A DNA stretch of 64,000 nt from contig NC_135761.1 of assembly GCF_052425735.1 (NCBI RefSeq), forward strand, positions 29,822,001 to 29,886,000. Reading direction: 5' to 3'. The translations under genes were made by a program, and so were the position numbers. The notes beneath the pieces are model-generated. The model searched no databases. It saw only the letters and a program-made list of their open reading frames with translations, and was not told the DNA's origin. This DNA comes from Oculina patagonica (Eukaryota). This document shows, one piece after another, positions 24,301-37,795 of the stretch. How positions within the stretch are numbered: position 1 is the first letter of the stretch; each line of letters opens with the position of its first letter.

Positions 24301-27256
24301 TATCTCCTGTTACTTTCAATCATTTTGACAACCCTACATACATATACATGCATACTCTGCTAATCAGTAATTGAGTGTATGTTTCTTCTTGACAGTTAAG
24401 GCCAGTGTGCATTTTGAGAGTCTTGTGGTATCAGTAGCTGAATGTGTGTCAGCTGTGACATCACGTGAGGTACACATGATACCATGTGACGAGTTACACG
24501 TGAGTGTATCCAGAACAGTACCCATTAGACATTACTGGATTGAGCCAATTGTACAACAGCTTAGGAATGGACTCAGCACTGTGCACAGGTAAACACTTCA
24601 ACAACAATGTTGTACACTATTTGTCTATAAAAGTAGACGGATGATGTCCAGAAGATGATTCATGGATTCATGGAATGTACTCACTCAGTTAGATACAGTA
24701 CCACATTTCCTTGATTGATGCCCCTCTTAAATAGTCACCCACTTCTAAGGAAAATAATCAAATTATTGCCACTCCTCAATAAGATGTGTGCATTCACAAG
24801 ACTCTAGGCCAAGTACTTTGCAAAAGCAGTTTGAAAATATGACAAATAACTGTGTAGATTCTTTAAGGTACAACAATTTAACATTTGTTTGTTTGTGTGC
24901 AGTGTTAGATGCATCATACTCGCTGTACCATTTTGAAAGTCCCCCTCAAATAAGCAGCCTTCCCAAAGTAGTGATACAATGTAAAATTTCATGTTTGTTA
25001 GCAAGTACCGGATAGCTAAGAACCTCTAAAAGTGGAAACCCCAAAACGTACATGTAACTTGACTTGTTACGGGAAATAATGAACTTACAGATGTTAAAGA
25101 TGTTAGGCTACTGAATTTGTTTAAGATGACCCTTGTTCCAAAGGTAGTATGTTACTCTTCTTTAGTGTCATATTAATTAAATTATTTTCCCAAAATTGTA
25201 ATCCTTTTTATCCCATTTATCTTGAAAACCTTTTTATTTTATTTAGATAATTAAACCCACACTTGGTGGTTACACATTTAGCTACCTGAAGGTAGCAACA
25301 TTTAACAGTAAAAGTAGTACCATTTGAACTTTACAGTAATGCAACCTGCCTTTTTTTACATTTTTAGTTTTGTGTCTGCCTTGCAATGGCCTGAATTGTA
25401 CACAAATGATGAGAAAACAAGGTAATTAATAGTGTTTATACAAACTTTCCTTTCAGCTCAATAAAATATCAATAATTATTCTTCTTGAACTGACTAATAT
25501 CCAATTGCTATCAATGTTATTTCTGATTGTGGTGTTAATCAAGTCATTTCTGTGTTTTTTTTTTTGTCTTTTTTGCAACCTATCACATTCTGTGCTCTTG
25601 AAGGCTGTAAACTTGTCTTACAACATGTGACATGCGATTTTATGTATTTCAGATCATTTGTAGCACTGAAAATCATGTCAGAATACAAGAAGGTAAGAAA
25701 GCAAACTTTAGTCAAACTATACACAATGCATTCAGCTTGTTTGAAGTATTAGCTCTTCCTTGAAGATGCACTGTACAGGCACAGATAATGATATTGGTAT
25801 GGGTGAAAACTAACCATTGTGTGGTTTTGGTTTTCAGTTCAAAGATGTTGTTGATTTAGTTAATGAAGTCTTTCAGGAATTTTCTCTCCCTGCATTCTAC
25901 AAGGTACGTACATTATACTGATCAAATCTAATTTTACTTTTTTTACAGTAACAAACTTGTATCTATGTTATGTTTTTGATGTAGTTAAAAATACTCTTCA
26001 TACATGTAGTTTTTAGTGTATAAAAATTTAATCAACATTTTGTGAGTATGTCAGTGCTTTTTGGAATGTTTAAATTAAAGGAGAGTTGGGGCAGATTGAG
26101 ATTAGAATACATGTACCCTTAAACTTAGAATACTATTAACTCTATGTGCTGTTGTATGAGGGTGGCCTACTTGTTTTTTGTCCCCTTTTTCTCCTTAACT
26201 CTTGTGCCAACCTTAATGTACAACTTGCCATAGGTAGAATTGGTTTTAATTTCAAATGTGACTTCATTTATGTTTGTACATTTTTACACTGTAGGATCCA
26301 TCATTCCATGTGAGTGTTGCATGGTTACTTGGTGACATCTGTTCTAAGAGTACACAGGACATACAAACTAAACTTCAGGTAATATATGTACCCAAGCTGA
26401 TCACAGGGTCCCCACTCACTGACTCATTCCATGGATGTTCAAATCTTAGAAAACCAATAGTAACTTTTTTAAAAGTTAACAAATTTTTGACTCTTAAAAG
26501 AGTCAACAATTTTATTACCAAGTTCTCAGGTTAAAGCCAAAAAGAGTCAACAATTTTATTACCAAGTTCTCAGGTTAAAGCCAAAAAGAGTCAACAATTT
26601 TATTACCAAGTTCTCAGGTTAAAGCCAAAAAGCCTGCATCTTGTCAAGAACAATCTGCATGTTTGAAGTCATTTCTTGAAATTGCAAACATCTTCTGAAA
26701 TCAGGAGGGCTTAGTAATGGGGTGGCATAAGAACCATGAGTTACATGTACTTAAAACAAAAATATACAATGTACAGGGCATTCAAAGGATGAACATATTG
26801 TAAAACAGGCTACTACAAGCGGTATTGTACAGAGTTTATTGTTATCAATGTATTGGGTGTTATTGTGAAATAAATAAAAAATTAAACAAACAAACAAACA
26901 AACAAATATAGACAGGGCTATGATTTTAAATTACAAAATACCCATATGATAAACATTGATGATTTATAAACAATTTATCGTCTTGCATTGCAGTTGTTTA
27001 TCATTTTAACTAATAAACATGATTAGAATATTGAAACCGTTTATTCCAAAAAAATGCGACTGTTTCTATGTCAGCATGTCCAAACCGTGTCTATGTTAAC
27101 ACGTTGAGTGAACAACTTGGGACCAGAAGAGCATTTTCCTGGAACCAGTAAAATTTGCCGAGCACCCACTTTTTATTGCGGTTTTCACTGAAATGCGAAC
27201 TCTGACATTCAATCCTGAACCAACGGTTTACGCCTTTTGCTGCCATCAATCAACTT

Positions 27257-27292
<36 letters not shown>

Positions 27293-27624
27293 AGGTCAAA
27301 AGGTCACGTCTCTTGATTGTGATTGGTAGATTTCGATCCATTTTGTTTGTTTCTGTTTTTCATGGTTCGTTTACTGTTGCCATAATTATGATTGACGGCA
27401 GCGAAAAACGCATTCGTTAGTTGGATTTTGAATTTCAGAGTTCGCATTTCACTGAAAATGGCAATATACTGATTGTACTGACAGTCATGTGATTCTCTTT
27501 GCAGGAAGTGTTTGATGCTCATGTTTGTGAAAAAGAGGTCGCCAGATCATTGGTGTTGGAGGCGACAGAAGTGCATTGTAAAATAGGAAATAAACATTTT
27601 GTGTTTCCTTTGGATGCGACGTGA
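18375..27624 (+). CDS. USB1: U6 snRNA phosphodiesterase USB1 (2H phosphoesterase), 9 exons, 306 aa
   Basis: Exons 18375-18595, 21264-21310, 22025-22120, 24396-24588, 25368-25421, 25653-25692, 25838-25903, 26295-26378, 27505-27624 join in frame (921 nt). Hallmarks: N-terminal [34 protein letters not shown], two HxS motifs ([15 protein letters not shown]), [11 protein letters not shown]-terminal [12 protein letters not shown]. Confidence 0.95.
19096..19865. mobile_element. 770-bp non-autonomous DNA transposon, TAACCTG...CAGGTTA ends, 9-bp TSD (possibly AcademH-type)
   Basis: About 87-bp imperfect TIRs. TSD gcaatctgg at 19087-19095 and 19866-19874. Empty site in the paralog at 63735-63743. Confidence 0.85.
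19957..20614 (+). mobile_element. 5'-truncated non-LTR retrotransposon (CR1/L2-group ORF2 C-terminus plus 3'UTR)
   Basis: ORF 19948..20367 with HGYNTR and IWKDLP motifs; A/TAA-rich tail; apparent TSD attcat (19951-19956, 20615-20620); absent from the paralog near 63820. Confidence 0.8.
22181..23382. mobile_element. hAT-like MITE with 5-bp TSD, containing a nested Tc1/pogo-like fragment
   Basis: TIR cagggctgtcactaa / ttagtgacagccctg. cagtt duplicated at 22176-22180 and 23383-23387. Internal ggtgcgtctta repeats ending aaatacggta at 23211. Confidence 0.75.
26496..26632. repeat. Perfect 44-bp tandem repeat x3 in USB1 intron 8
   Basis: Unit aaaagagtcaacaattttattaccaagttctcaggttaaagcca. Confidence 0.95.
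27174..27465. mobile_element. Degenerate inverted-repeat MITE in USB1 intron 8
   Basis: tattgcggttttcactgaaatgcgaactctga...gctgccatcaatca pairs with tgattgacggcagc...tcagagttcgcatttcactgaaaatggcaata. Confidence 0.6.
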
Positions 27625-28422
27625 TGAAACAAGTCAATCGCAGGTAGCATGATCTTCAATTGGATTGATAATGGAACTAGTCGTCACAATAGTACACCCC
27701 ACTCCAAGTTTCTTGTCAGACAGGAAAGCACGGTAAGTTCTGTGCTTCATTGTTCAGTGACTTGACAAAACTGATAATCTTCAGTTGGAATCCAGCTGTC
27801 AGCTGTGATTATGTGATATGCTAAAAAATGAAGGTTTCTTCCAAAGACGAACTTTAGGTTGCACAATACCTTCGCAGGTGTCCTTCGCAGAAAAGTCGTA
27901 CTTGCGTTGTTTTAAAGTTTACTGCCACAACCTATATATCAATAGAAAGGTAAAGAACTGAAGAAGTCTAAAAAAATATCCGATGTTTGGCAGAGCCATT
28001 CTCGAGAAGAAAGGAGCCGGTAAAGAGAAAACGACCGAGTGTCATTCCGCCGAAAAAATCGGGTACAAACATAACCACTATTGCAAAAGTACTGCAGAAT
28101 GTAAATCAGCAAGCATCGATCTCTCAAAGTGTGTCAGGCTTTTTCTTAATTCTTACTGGTTATCTTTTTGTAGACTCGTAAAGTTTAAGTATCGAATAAT
28201 TTTCCGACCCTGTTGCGTTCGCGGCTGTCACAAGCGAAATATCCAAAATAAAGGAAATCCCTGACACGTTTTTGTTCTTCGATGCTTTGTAAATGTTCTG
28301 GCCAAATTTTGTTAGAATCCGCCAGGTCTACATACGCAATTTCATTCAAAGAGAGGGTATTCTCGCGAAAAACGATTTCGAGTTTTCGCCATTCGAAGAT
28401 GACATGATGGCACCCCTACCGT

Positions 28423-28508
28423 TAACCTGCGATCAGGCTTTCTTTTTTTCGCGGCGGAGGGAAGGCGAAAAAAGGAAAGCCTGATACAATTACTTGTCAA
28501 GTCGTCTG
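28423..28508 (+). mobile_element. Solo terminal fragment of the 19096-19865 element family
   Basis: Near-identical to the left TIR starting at 19096. Confidence 0.75.
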
Positions 28509-30808
28509 AACTTTTTTTAAAAAAACTTTTTCGAAATACTTCGCGTGCGTTTATGATTTTAGTTTCATTTTTGGGGAAATGTTAGATTTATAGTTAACTT
28601 TTATTTCAGTCCCAAATTTTTTTTCCACAAAACTAGCCCTCTGAAGGTATTGTGTAGCCTTTCAACCTCTTTCAAAGCCGGATTGGGTTACTAGCAACCT
28701 TAGACAACTGTAGAAACAGAGTACGAGTACAACTTTTGAATTTGCTGAGTTCAGTTACGTTCCCAGAGCCCTCACTCTTCCCACCAGTTGAAAAGAAGAC
28801 TATCAGTACGAGAATTCTCTGGAACGCGGTAATCGAAAACATAGTACTAGGTTTAAAAGGTCATGCTAGTAAAAAATCTCGTACTCGTTGTCCAATGTTA
28901 AGGTCGCTTTCATGGCACATGACAAAAAACAATTAATTTCCTTTTTTATTCACATCTTGTACGTCACGTACACAACAACGCTCATGCGATTTTGAGCATG
29001 CGCACAAAAACAGTGATTTAAGTAAAATTTAGACAAAGCAAAGTCGTTTCACGGTCAATACTGCAATGAGGGTGGATTTCGTTGCTTAGCAACTATGGGG
29101 ACGAAAATCGCGAGCTCAGTCAGTCCACGGAGGTAAGTGTCCGTCGTGCTCGCCATCAATCCACCGTACGAAAAAAAAGTTGGTGACTGGTACACGAACC
29201 CATAATTCCTAGTGCAGGAAAACATGAAACGCATATTAAAGGTTCTGAAAAATTCAAACATGGCAAATGCAAAATACGTGCCTATTGGCTGTGTAAGAAT
29301 CGCAAGGTATATTGTAAAATGTACAGCCGATAATTATTTCCTTACTGTTTGTTTGCACTTGTTTACCCCATCGACATGTGCTATGCTATGTTATGACTAG
29401 GTTTGAGCACAGAAATTCAGAGACGGAATAGTAACGCATTATTCTTGTACTCAATTCTAAAACAAATCCACACTTTTTTTTTGTCTTTTCAGGTACTGAC
29501 GCGAGATCTGCTTATAAATTGTGCAGTGTTTTCCTGTGTTCAGTTCGATTGCAATCTCTTCTCACTTGTCTTATTCTTTGTCATTATTTTCCTTTTTCTT
29601 ATCTCGCACAACGAGAGTAATCTGCGTGTCGTATTTACTTATGTTCTCGTTATATAAGACCGTATATCATGTACAGTATTACTTCCTCATGTACATGTAT
29701 TGCATACTAATATCTACAAGATATTTTCACTGATAAACGAATAAATTTTGACAAAACAAAGTAGCATTATCGCCTATTATTATACCAAGTTACCCAAAGC
29801 CATGACACTTTGTATATACAGCCTTTTTATACCATAGAAGGAAGTGTCCAGGATCGCCAAAACATCGGTCCGAAAAAAACTAATTCATTTGGTTATGCGA
29901 TCAATAGTACCCTGCAGATTAGGTGGGGCCTGAACTCCGCTTGAGGACGAACAGTCTTTTAAAAATACAAGGAAAGAAACACAGTCATAGACTGTTTTTA
30001 AAATCTACACGCAAAAATCATCCCTTCCGGATCACTTGTCCCTTAACAATAACCGAAATGGTACAGACAGACCCTCCCTACCCCCCCGTTTCAGTCTGCG
30101 TGCAGGAGGCCGTCTCCTCTTTCGTTTGCTCACCTATAAATATTATAAAACACTGAAATCGATATCAATGACTTTGTTTAACGAGGGTAAAACATTACTG
30201 ATGACCCAGTGGTTTACGTGATGGCCCTTTATAGCAAAAAGAAAAACATAGATTACGAGATGGAAAAAACACGACAGCGGCTTGTCACATCAATTACCCT
30301 CCTTAGATTTGTTCAGTAAAATCTTTCGCCAGTTATCTTAACTTACTAGACTAAATATTTGAAAAATCCAATATTTACGGAAGTAATATGACATCGGATT
30401 CTCCTATAAACCCTTTGTCGATGATAAAGGCCAAACGTCGAACTTCACATCAGACGAACATAATGCAAATTAGTAAAAGCTATTGTTTTTGGTCATTTGC
30501 ATTAATTTCGATTCATGTGAAGTTCAACGTTTGGCCCGGGCCTAATTCTTGCGAGAAATGTAAACTTTGCGGTGACGAAGGGCCAACCCTCGAAACATCA
30601 AGCTTTCTAATTTCTGTACGGCGGTTTATTTCCCTTTATCAACTTGCAGTTGATAATCAACTAAGTGTTTCACTCGCCTGCCAACGAAGCACAACAGTTT
30701 CTTTGTTTAGAAACTATTAACTTTGTCCCAAATAAAGCCTTCACCTCCCGCGAGCTTAGATAAAAGAAGTACAGGTGTGGTCTCGAGGTAACATAAGCAT
30801 TATTCATT

Positions 30809-31683
30809 ATTAGTATAATTTCAGAGGTGATTATAAGAATTGAAGCATTCTGATTGATCGAGAAGCTCGGCTTATGAGGCTATATTCACCCTGCGCGAGG
30901 TGATTATAGCTTTGAAGGCTTGGTTACTTAGCCACGCCACCTTTGGCATCCAGGCAAGTAAACATGGCCGCTTTTGCTGAATGAAAATTTCTTTGATTTG
31001 AAAGAAACCAGTCCAAGTCCTGGATATTTTAAACACTGGGAATTTTTCAAATTAACTACCAAGGCTTTTGGACCTAAAATATTTTCAAGAGATGGTTCTC
31101 AAGGCATTAGAAATGATCGTAAACACGGCGGTTTTGGCAATCGATGAGAAACTCAGTCACATCGATTGAGCAAACATTATTTAGTTCTCTTCTCACCGGA
31201 GCTACTCATTTTTAGAGGATTCGCACATTCGCTTAGAAGTCATCCACAATCATACAAAGCGAATGTGGGAATCCTCTCGAAAATGAGTAGCTCCGGTGAG
31301 AAGAGAACTAAATAATGTTTGCTCAATCGATCTGACTGAGTTTCTCATCGATTGCCAAAACCGCCGTGTTTACGATCATTTCTAATGCCTTGAGAACCAT
31401 CTCTTGAAAATATTTTAGGTCCAAAAGCCTTGGTAGTTAATTTGAAAAATTCCCAGTGTTTAAAATATCCAGGACTTGGACTGGTTTCTTTCAAATCAAA
31501 GAAATTTTCATTCAGCAAAAGCGGCCATGTTTACTTGCCTGGATGCCAAAGGTGGCGTGGCTAAGTAACCAAGCCTTCAAAGCTATAATCACCTCGCGTG
31601 GGGTGAATATAGCCTCATAAGCCGAGCTTCTCGACCAATCAGAATGCTTCAATTCTTATAATCACCTCTGAAATTATACTAAT
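30809..31683. repeat. 875-bp near-perfect palindrome (foldback element)
   Basis: Arms 30809-31234 and 31257-31683 are reverse complements with only a few mismatches; 22-nt loop. Confidence 0.92.
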
Positions 31684-32760
31684 TGTTAAATAAAGCGAGA
31701 TTTCGATATAAGCAAAACAGCTATAGTATGTATCTTTTTATTTGCAATATTTGTTTGGTAATTTACAGTCTCCCAATTAGCAGAGTAGTGCTTAATACTT
31801 TGACAAGTGATCTATTTTTTTTTTATGAAACTGGCCATAATTTACCTAAAACGATATATAACAAATGCGTAGAATTTCTTGAGCCCCGCAAAAATACTGA
31901 ACAACAAAGATATTTGCATTCAGTTCTACGAGGTCAGGAATATAATAACGAATGTTTTTATTCAAACTCATTTTTTTTACAATTTTTTCACTTATAGTAT
32001 CATATCTACAAACTGTACAATTAAACTACTTCAGTTCGAACCCTTCTTACTTAAAATATGTCTAACACCAAGAGAAAAAACTAGCACTCAAGGTTAAAAA
32101 TCATTGTATTGTATTCTGCCATTCCAAAATGGAAGAATCTTATGCTTAAATTAAAAAAAATAATAATCTATTTTAACTTTCATGAAACATTTCCACGCTG
32201 TTTTTTGGTCTGCTCCACAAGCTGAGTGCAAATAAGACATATGACAGAACTATGTGGAGTTTACGGTACATCTAACATCAGCTAATTCGCAGGCATTGCC
32301 ACAAAAATAAAACGTGGTTGAAAAGTCATTTACAATATAGTACAAAAATTCTACAATTACTTTTTCTCTAATAAAAAATTGGAAATCTACATACTGATCA
32401 AACTTTATTATTGATCGGCGCTACAATGCATAACAAGTTCTCATTTCTAAGTTATTTGAGTAAAAGTGCTCTGCTTTGTAACGACCTGTATACACTGGTA
32501 TTTGGCATTTATTTGTTAACAATTTCTGCCGAGACAAACACCAGCGTTTTAACATGCCGTTGTCTTTCCCTTGTCTGGCTCTACTCCAATCATCAAGACA
32601 TTTTGTGACCTTTGAAAGGAATTGTCTCACTTGAAGTAACGTTTGACACCAACCTTTTCATACCCACCTGAAAGATTAATACAAACATGCTAATGATATC
32701 ACATGGCATTTCATTACCTTTCTGACTTAACGTGGTAGTACAAGATTGTTAGAATGATAT

Positions 32761-34200
32761 ATAGTTTATTCTATAATGTGTTCAATTTCAACAACGTATT
32801 GTGTGGGGAGTGGGATATATCCTTAAATTTTAGTTTACAATACATGAAGTGAAATAAAATGTAAAATGTAAAATATGTACACTAGCTATATATCAAAACA
32901 AAATAGAAAGAAATAAAAAGAAAAAAGGAAAGAAATATGAAAAAATTTAATTAAGAACTCGCTGAGAGGCTTTGTTTTCAGAGTTTTCTTACAATTTGCA
33001 TGACTCTCGCATAGTTTTAAGTCTTTGTCTAAAGAGTTCCATAGCTTGACTATTCTGTAATAAAAAAAGACCTTCGGCCAGCAGTGATTTTGAACAGGGG
33101 AATATTCAGTTGTTGTGAATTTCTTGTGGTTCTGCTTGATATTTGTTGCCTTTTGACAAATTGTGAAGTCAGATAGGTCGGGGCGCAGCCCGTCATGCAC
33201 TTAAAAGCGAAAACAGCGTCTCGGAGGTAAAGCTGTTTTTTTTTTTTTTTTTACGGGAAGCCACCTCAAATTCTTGAGTGATGGAGTTATATGCTCAAAT
33301 TTATATGTACCACTATAAATTACCGAGCAGCGAAGTTCTGAACGAGTTGAAGTTTTTGCACATTACAGGCAGTGGTGCTGGACCATACAGTAGAACAATA
33401 GTACAACTTACTGAAAACGAGCGCGTTGATGATAGTCACTAGTAGGTCGGAGTTGAATGCGTGCTTTGCCCGATTAATTTGAGCTAATTTACCCATACAG
33501 GATGAAACTGTCGCTAAAATGTGGTTTTCAAATGTCAGAGTGGGGTCGAATGTTACACCAAGATCTTTGATGGACTCTGACGGCAAGAGTTCCTTTCTGA
33601 GCAGCGAAAGCTTGAAATCAGATAGTCTACGGATCATCGGTCGGCTGCCGATGATCATGAACTTTGTCTTTTCAGGGTTGAGCAGAAGACAATTATCTAA
33701 ACACCAGTTACGGATTACATGTAAATCTTTTTGGATAGTGTCCTTTGCTTTGTCAGCATCACCAACTTTGAAAGACAAAAGAAGTTTGGTTTCATCCACG
33801 TAGCATTCGGTTGAACAACTTTCGCTGATTGCTGGAAGCCCCGAGTACGCTGCGTTGAAAGACGCCACAAGAAACGGATAGCGTCTGATAGCGTCGAGTT
33901 TATGCGAACAACTTGAGATCTTTGAGACAGATAGCTAGAAAACCGTGTTAACGCAGATGAGGAGAGGCCAATGTTCTTAAGTTTCTTTATTAAAAATTTC
34001 ATGCTTGATACTGTCGAAGGCCTTGCTCGTGTCTTGGTACACTACTGCTGTAACTTTAGTTTGATCAATCGCTCGTAAGATTGCGTCTGTAGAGGATATT
34101 AATGAAGTTTTGGTTGAATGCCACTTCTTGTTTCCGCTTTGATTAGATGCAAGTCTTTGTTTTTCAGTCAAATATAGTGTGAGCTGATCAAGTGTAATTT
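32761..34200 (-). mobile_element. Degenerate non-LTR retrotransposon fragment (CR1/L2-group reverse transcriptase)
   Basis: Frameshifted ORFs with HSTKTSL, DTSKAFDSI, YVDE (YADD site), LNPEKTK, KDLGVTFD, LQLVQNFAAR and KLWNSL. Lies in the last intron of gene copy 2. Confidence 0.88.
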
Positions 34201-35194
34201 TTTTTTACTCACCTTAGATAGAATAGGTAAATTAGGATCTGAGTCGTCATCTCCAACCTTCTTAAACACAGCTTCCTCTTTCTAAAGATCAAATAAAAAT
34301 GATAATTAATAAAGTTTTCTAACTCGATGATGTAGCATAAGAGATTGGGGAAATAGAATAATGTTAAAACTAAAGGGCACAAGTTTATCCGATCTTAGTC
34401 CTATATAATGGGTGGTTTTACGTTTCTATGACAACGGTGAATGGTAAGCACAGTGAGCTGCAGGTACTACGGTTATTTTTATTTTTTATCAAATGATGTG
34501 CTGTTTACAAGTTTTCCTTGGCATTTTATTGAAAAAAAAAAAAAAAAAAAAAAACGATCCCAGAACCATCACGAATGAAAACAAACAAACATAAGCGAGT
34601 GATGCACCCAGACACCGATCCACGGCCATTCTCTTACCTCGAGTCTTCGTCCCTTCTGCGCAGGCTTAAAGACCGCTGGTCAAAGGGAACGAAGACCCTG
34701 GGTACGAGGATGATCCACGGCTTAAACCCACGGCTTGGCCAGTACGTTACGCATGCGCATAAGCCAGTGGCAGTTATGGACAGCTTTTTCGGTCTTGTTA
34801 GGCCACATCATCATGGCATAGCTTGTCGCGCAGCAATAGGACTAAATGTTGTCCAGGCCGTGGTTTAGTGTTCGAGTGTGCCACTTCCTTTTTGTGTTTT
34901 TTTTTATATCTCTATAGCGTATCATAAATAAAAAAGTCACATAGAAGGCAAATGGCAAATGCAGTTTTTTTTTTTAAGTTTCGCAAATTGCCATCACCTG
35001 AATATATTCTGTACAACGTTGTGAAATATTGGTCATTCGCCAGCGTTTACAATTCAATGATTATTTGTCCAATGCACATAAAGGCAAACCCAGGAAAAAC
35101 AAAGTGAAAAGAAAAGAAAAACTAAATTTTCTTTTATGGCGTAATGAAATAAAAAGATCGCATGCAAATAGTTAGTTATGGGACCCAACTGAAT

Positions 35195-35650
35195 ATATTT
35201 CAAAGCTCCGCAAATTATATTCGCCTGAACTCTCTGCAATGTTAATTTAAAATCGAATACAGAAAATCACGAGTGCAAAAATTCACAAATTATTTGACCA
35301 TTACTTATCTGTACCTCTTCCTCTAGACTCGTTATTCCACGGGGTCTTGATATTTCTGGTCCTGTTGAACAGTTGAGAAGAATTTAAATTTTGAGAATTA
35401 AACCTCACTTGTCCTCAGTTATGTTTCATTGACTTTGTTGAATGTTATCAAGGAAGCGCCTGGACAGCGGCAAAAAAGGAAGGGAAAAAAGAAGTACATC
35501 TTGTTTTCAAGCTGGTAATGGTGTTTTGTGATGGTGTAACTGTTTTCACACTAAGCCGTCAATATTCATGTACTGTAATTGCATTTCTAGTTTTCTACTT
35601 GGCACATTACATTCAGATTATCATCGAACGACTGTTTTAAGCACACATGC
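35195..35650. repeat. Local duplication of 38309-38768 including a coding exon
   Basis: About 455-bp direct repeat with high identity; both copies keep the caacag acceptor and gag|gtacag donor. Confidence 0.88.
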
Positions 35651-35954
35651 ATGGCAAAAATGTCAAAATCGTTGAGTACACAGAGAATCGAACTTGCCAC
35701 GGAGAAAAGCAAAGCTAAAACTAAAATGTATGAAAATGGAATAATGGTTGACTTTGCATCCTTTTGATATATTTGGTCAAGAATATACGTGTGTTAAAAT
35801 TTTAACTTTATGATATAATATTCAATGCACACTATCCACGCACGTGAAATAAGTAGGAAACGACTGGTGTTATTGCAACTGCCAGAAGCAAAAACAACAA
35901 CAACAAAAAACAAAACAAATGAGACTTTGAGCATGTCAGTCTATTACGTCCAGC

Positions 35955-36187
35955 CCATTCTTGTCCCCAGAGTCAACGATCCTTCTGATCTGCGCCATGG
36001 ATCGAGACGTCTGGTCGGCTACAACACCGGTTGTCAGCGATTCACGGACTTATTGTTAAATATGACAAATCTAATTGGCTGAAAATAGAAAACGAGCACT
36101 CTGCGCATGCTCACAAATCGGGACCGGCCAGAGGTCTCGATCCCTGGCGCAGACCAGAAAGATTGTGGACGCTGAGCACGAGAATGT
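35955..36187. mobile_element. MITE with imperfect TIRs
   Basis: cattcttgtccccagagtc...tctgcgccatggatcgagac pairs with gtctcgatccctggcgcaga...gagcacgagaatg. Confidence 0.6.
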
Positions 36188-36610
36188 GGCTTGAAATGTG
36201 ACCACGTGAGTCGGGAGTTTTTGTCGTAGGGGTTATAACGTCGTCTCAATTTTGCCGCTCATACGCTTGTATATTCTTTTCACGAAGTAGCAGAAAATTG
36301 GCAAAGTGTGGGAATGGCGAAGAGAAATATTCGTGTTAAACGTAAGGTTGTTTTTTCGGTAAAGTTTGCTTTGAGAGTTGATAAAGGTGCACCTTTATAG
36401 ATAGATACATTATTTCCAGGCAAGAGATGAACATCACGTTACAACTAAACGCATACATCACTAACATCATCACTTTTATCTCCCTTTGAATTTACTAATT
36501 GATGCGGCTCACAGTGGTTTGAAGTTTTTGCAAATTACACTTGCCTTAAAAGGCTTCAAAAATTGTGAGAACTTCATAGTTTCACCAGTACCGCAATTCA
36601 AAACGTTTAA

Positions 36611-37630
36611 GGGACTGGTCAATAAGTACAGGGGGGGTGGGCCGGAGCAGAAAGGGGGTGGGTCATCAGTTTTTTAACCCTCAAAAAGGGGTGGGTTATG
36701 TAATTTTGATCTACACGTTGGGGTGGGTCATCTTATTTATTCACTAATTATAACTTTTAGCTGTTATAGTTCCAAGAAAAGTTGTATTCATCAGGATATA
36801 TAATTGATACATTTCTCCATGTAAGCAGTTTTAAATGAATTTCTAGCGATTTCAAAAGGCCCAAATATGAAAATTTCCCGGGGGAGCATGCCCCCTGACC
36901 CCCCTAGATGGCTTGTGATCATATCATCAGTTTTGCTTGACTCTCTTCAACCTGCATAGATTCACGCTGGGCTTTAGGCCTTTTAATTCCAGTAAACTCT
37001 TTTCTCAAACAATTTGCAAATATGAATGATGGACAGTGGTTATATTTTGTGTTATTAATTTCTGTATAAAAATATGAACTCTTCAATAATTGATTATGAA
37101 TTAATATATATATATGAACATATAATATAATATATTAATATATATATATCTGAACATATATATATGAAAATGCGCTATATAAATTCATTATTCATTATTC
37201 ATTCATATTCTGATTCAGTTTTTTGCATATGTTTGTGTCTAAATTTCCCCATGGACTTTACACTCAAATATATGGAAAACTTACAAAAGGCTAGTATGAG
37301 AAGTGATAAATTCATCCTTCTTTGGTGTGTTAAGAAATGGAAAAAGACATACGTGAAACAGTAGTGTCCATCAGGGAAAATGTCTATGTAGGGAATTTCA
37401 CTTTAAAAGCTAAAGTCAAATAAAAAATCTCCAACCCCTAACAGATGATAAAGAAATGATAGGTCCCTTAATTTTTTTAGCAAAGGGGGTGGGTCATGTA
37501 AATTTCAACCCCCTTTCAGGGGTGGGTCAGTCGGTTTTGAGCCAGAAGGAGGGGGTGGGTCACAAATTTTCGAGCCACCACTTTTCCAATTGCTCCGGCC
37601 CAGCCCCCCTGATACTTATTGACCAGTCCC
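36611..37630. mobile_element. PIF/Harbinger-like MITE, 1020 bp, TAA TSD
   Basis: TIR gggactggtcaataagta / tacttattgaccagtccc flanked by taa on both sides; subterminal ggggtgggtca repeats. Confidence 0.82.
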
Positions 37631-37795
37631 TAACTCGGGGTCGTGTGATTTGCTATCCTTGTTACAGCTACCGTATTTGTTTGTGTCTATCATTGGAATA
37701 CCTGCTTGAATAGAAAACATCGGCGGCAAAAGAGGTTCTTTTTCCTGGAGATCAAATAGCAACAAAAAGTAGTAATGAAGTGTTCAACATGACAC

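Noticed and set aside
26496-26632. CRISPR-like 44-bp repeats
   Set aside because: Head-to-tail with no spacers; an intronic minisatellite.
28980-29750. Possible small spliced gene (gtaagt at 29132, strong acceptor at 29492)
   Set aside because: No convincing ORF or homology; it may be a transposon interior or lncRNA and cannot be supported from sequence alone.
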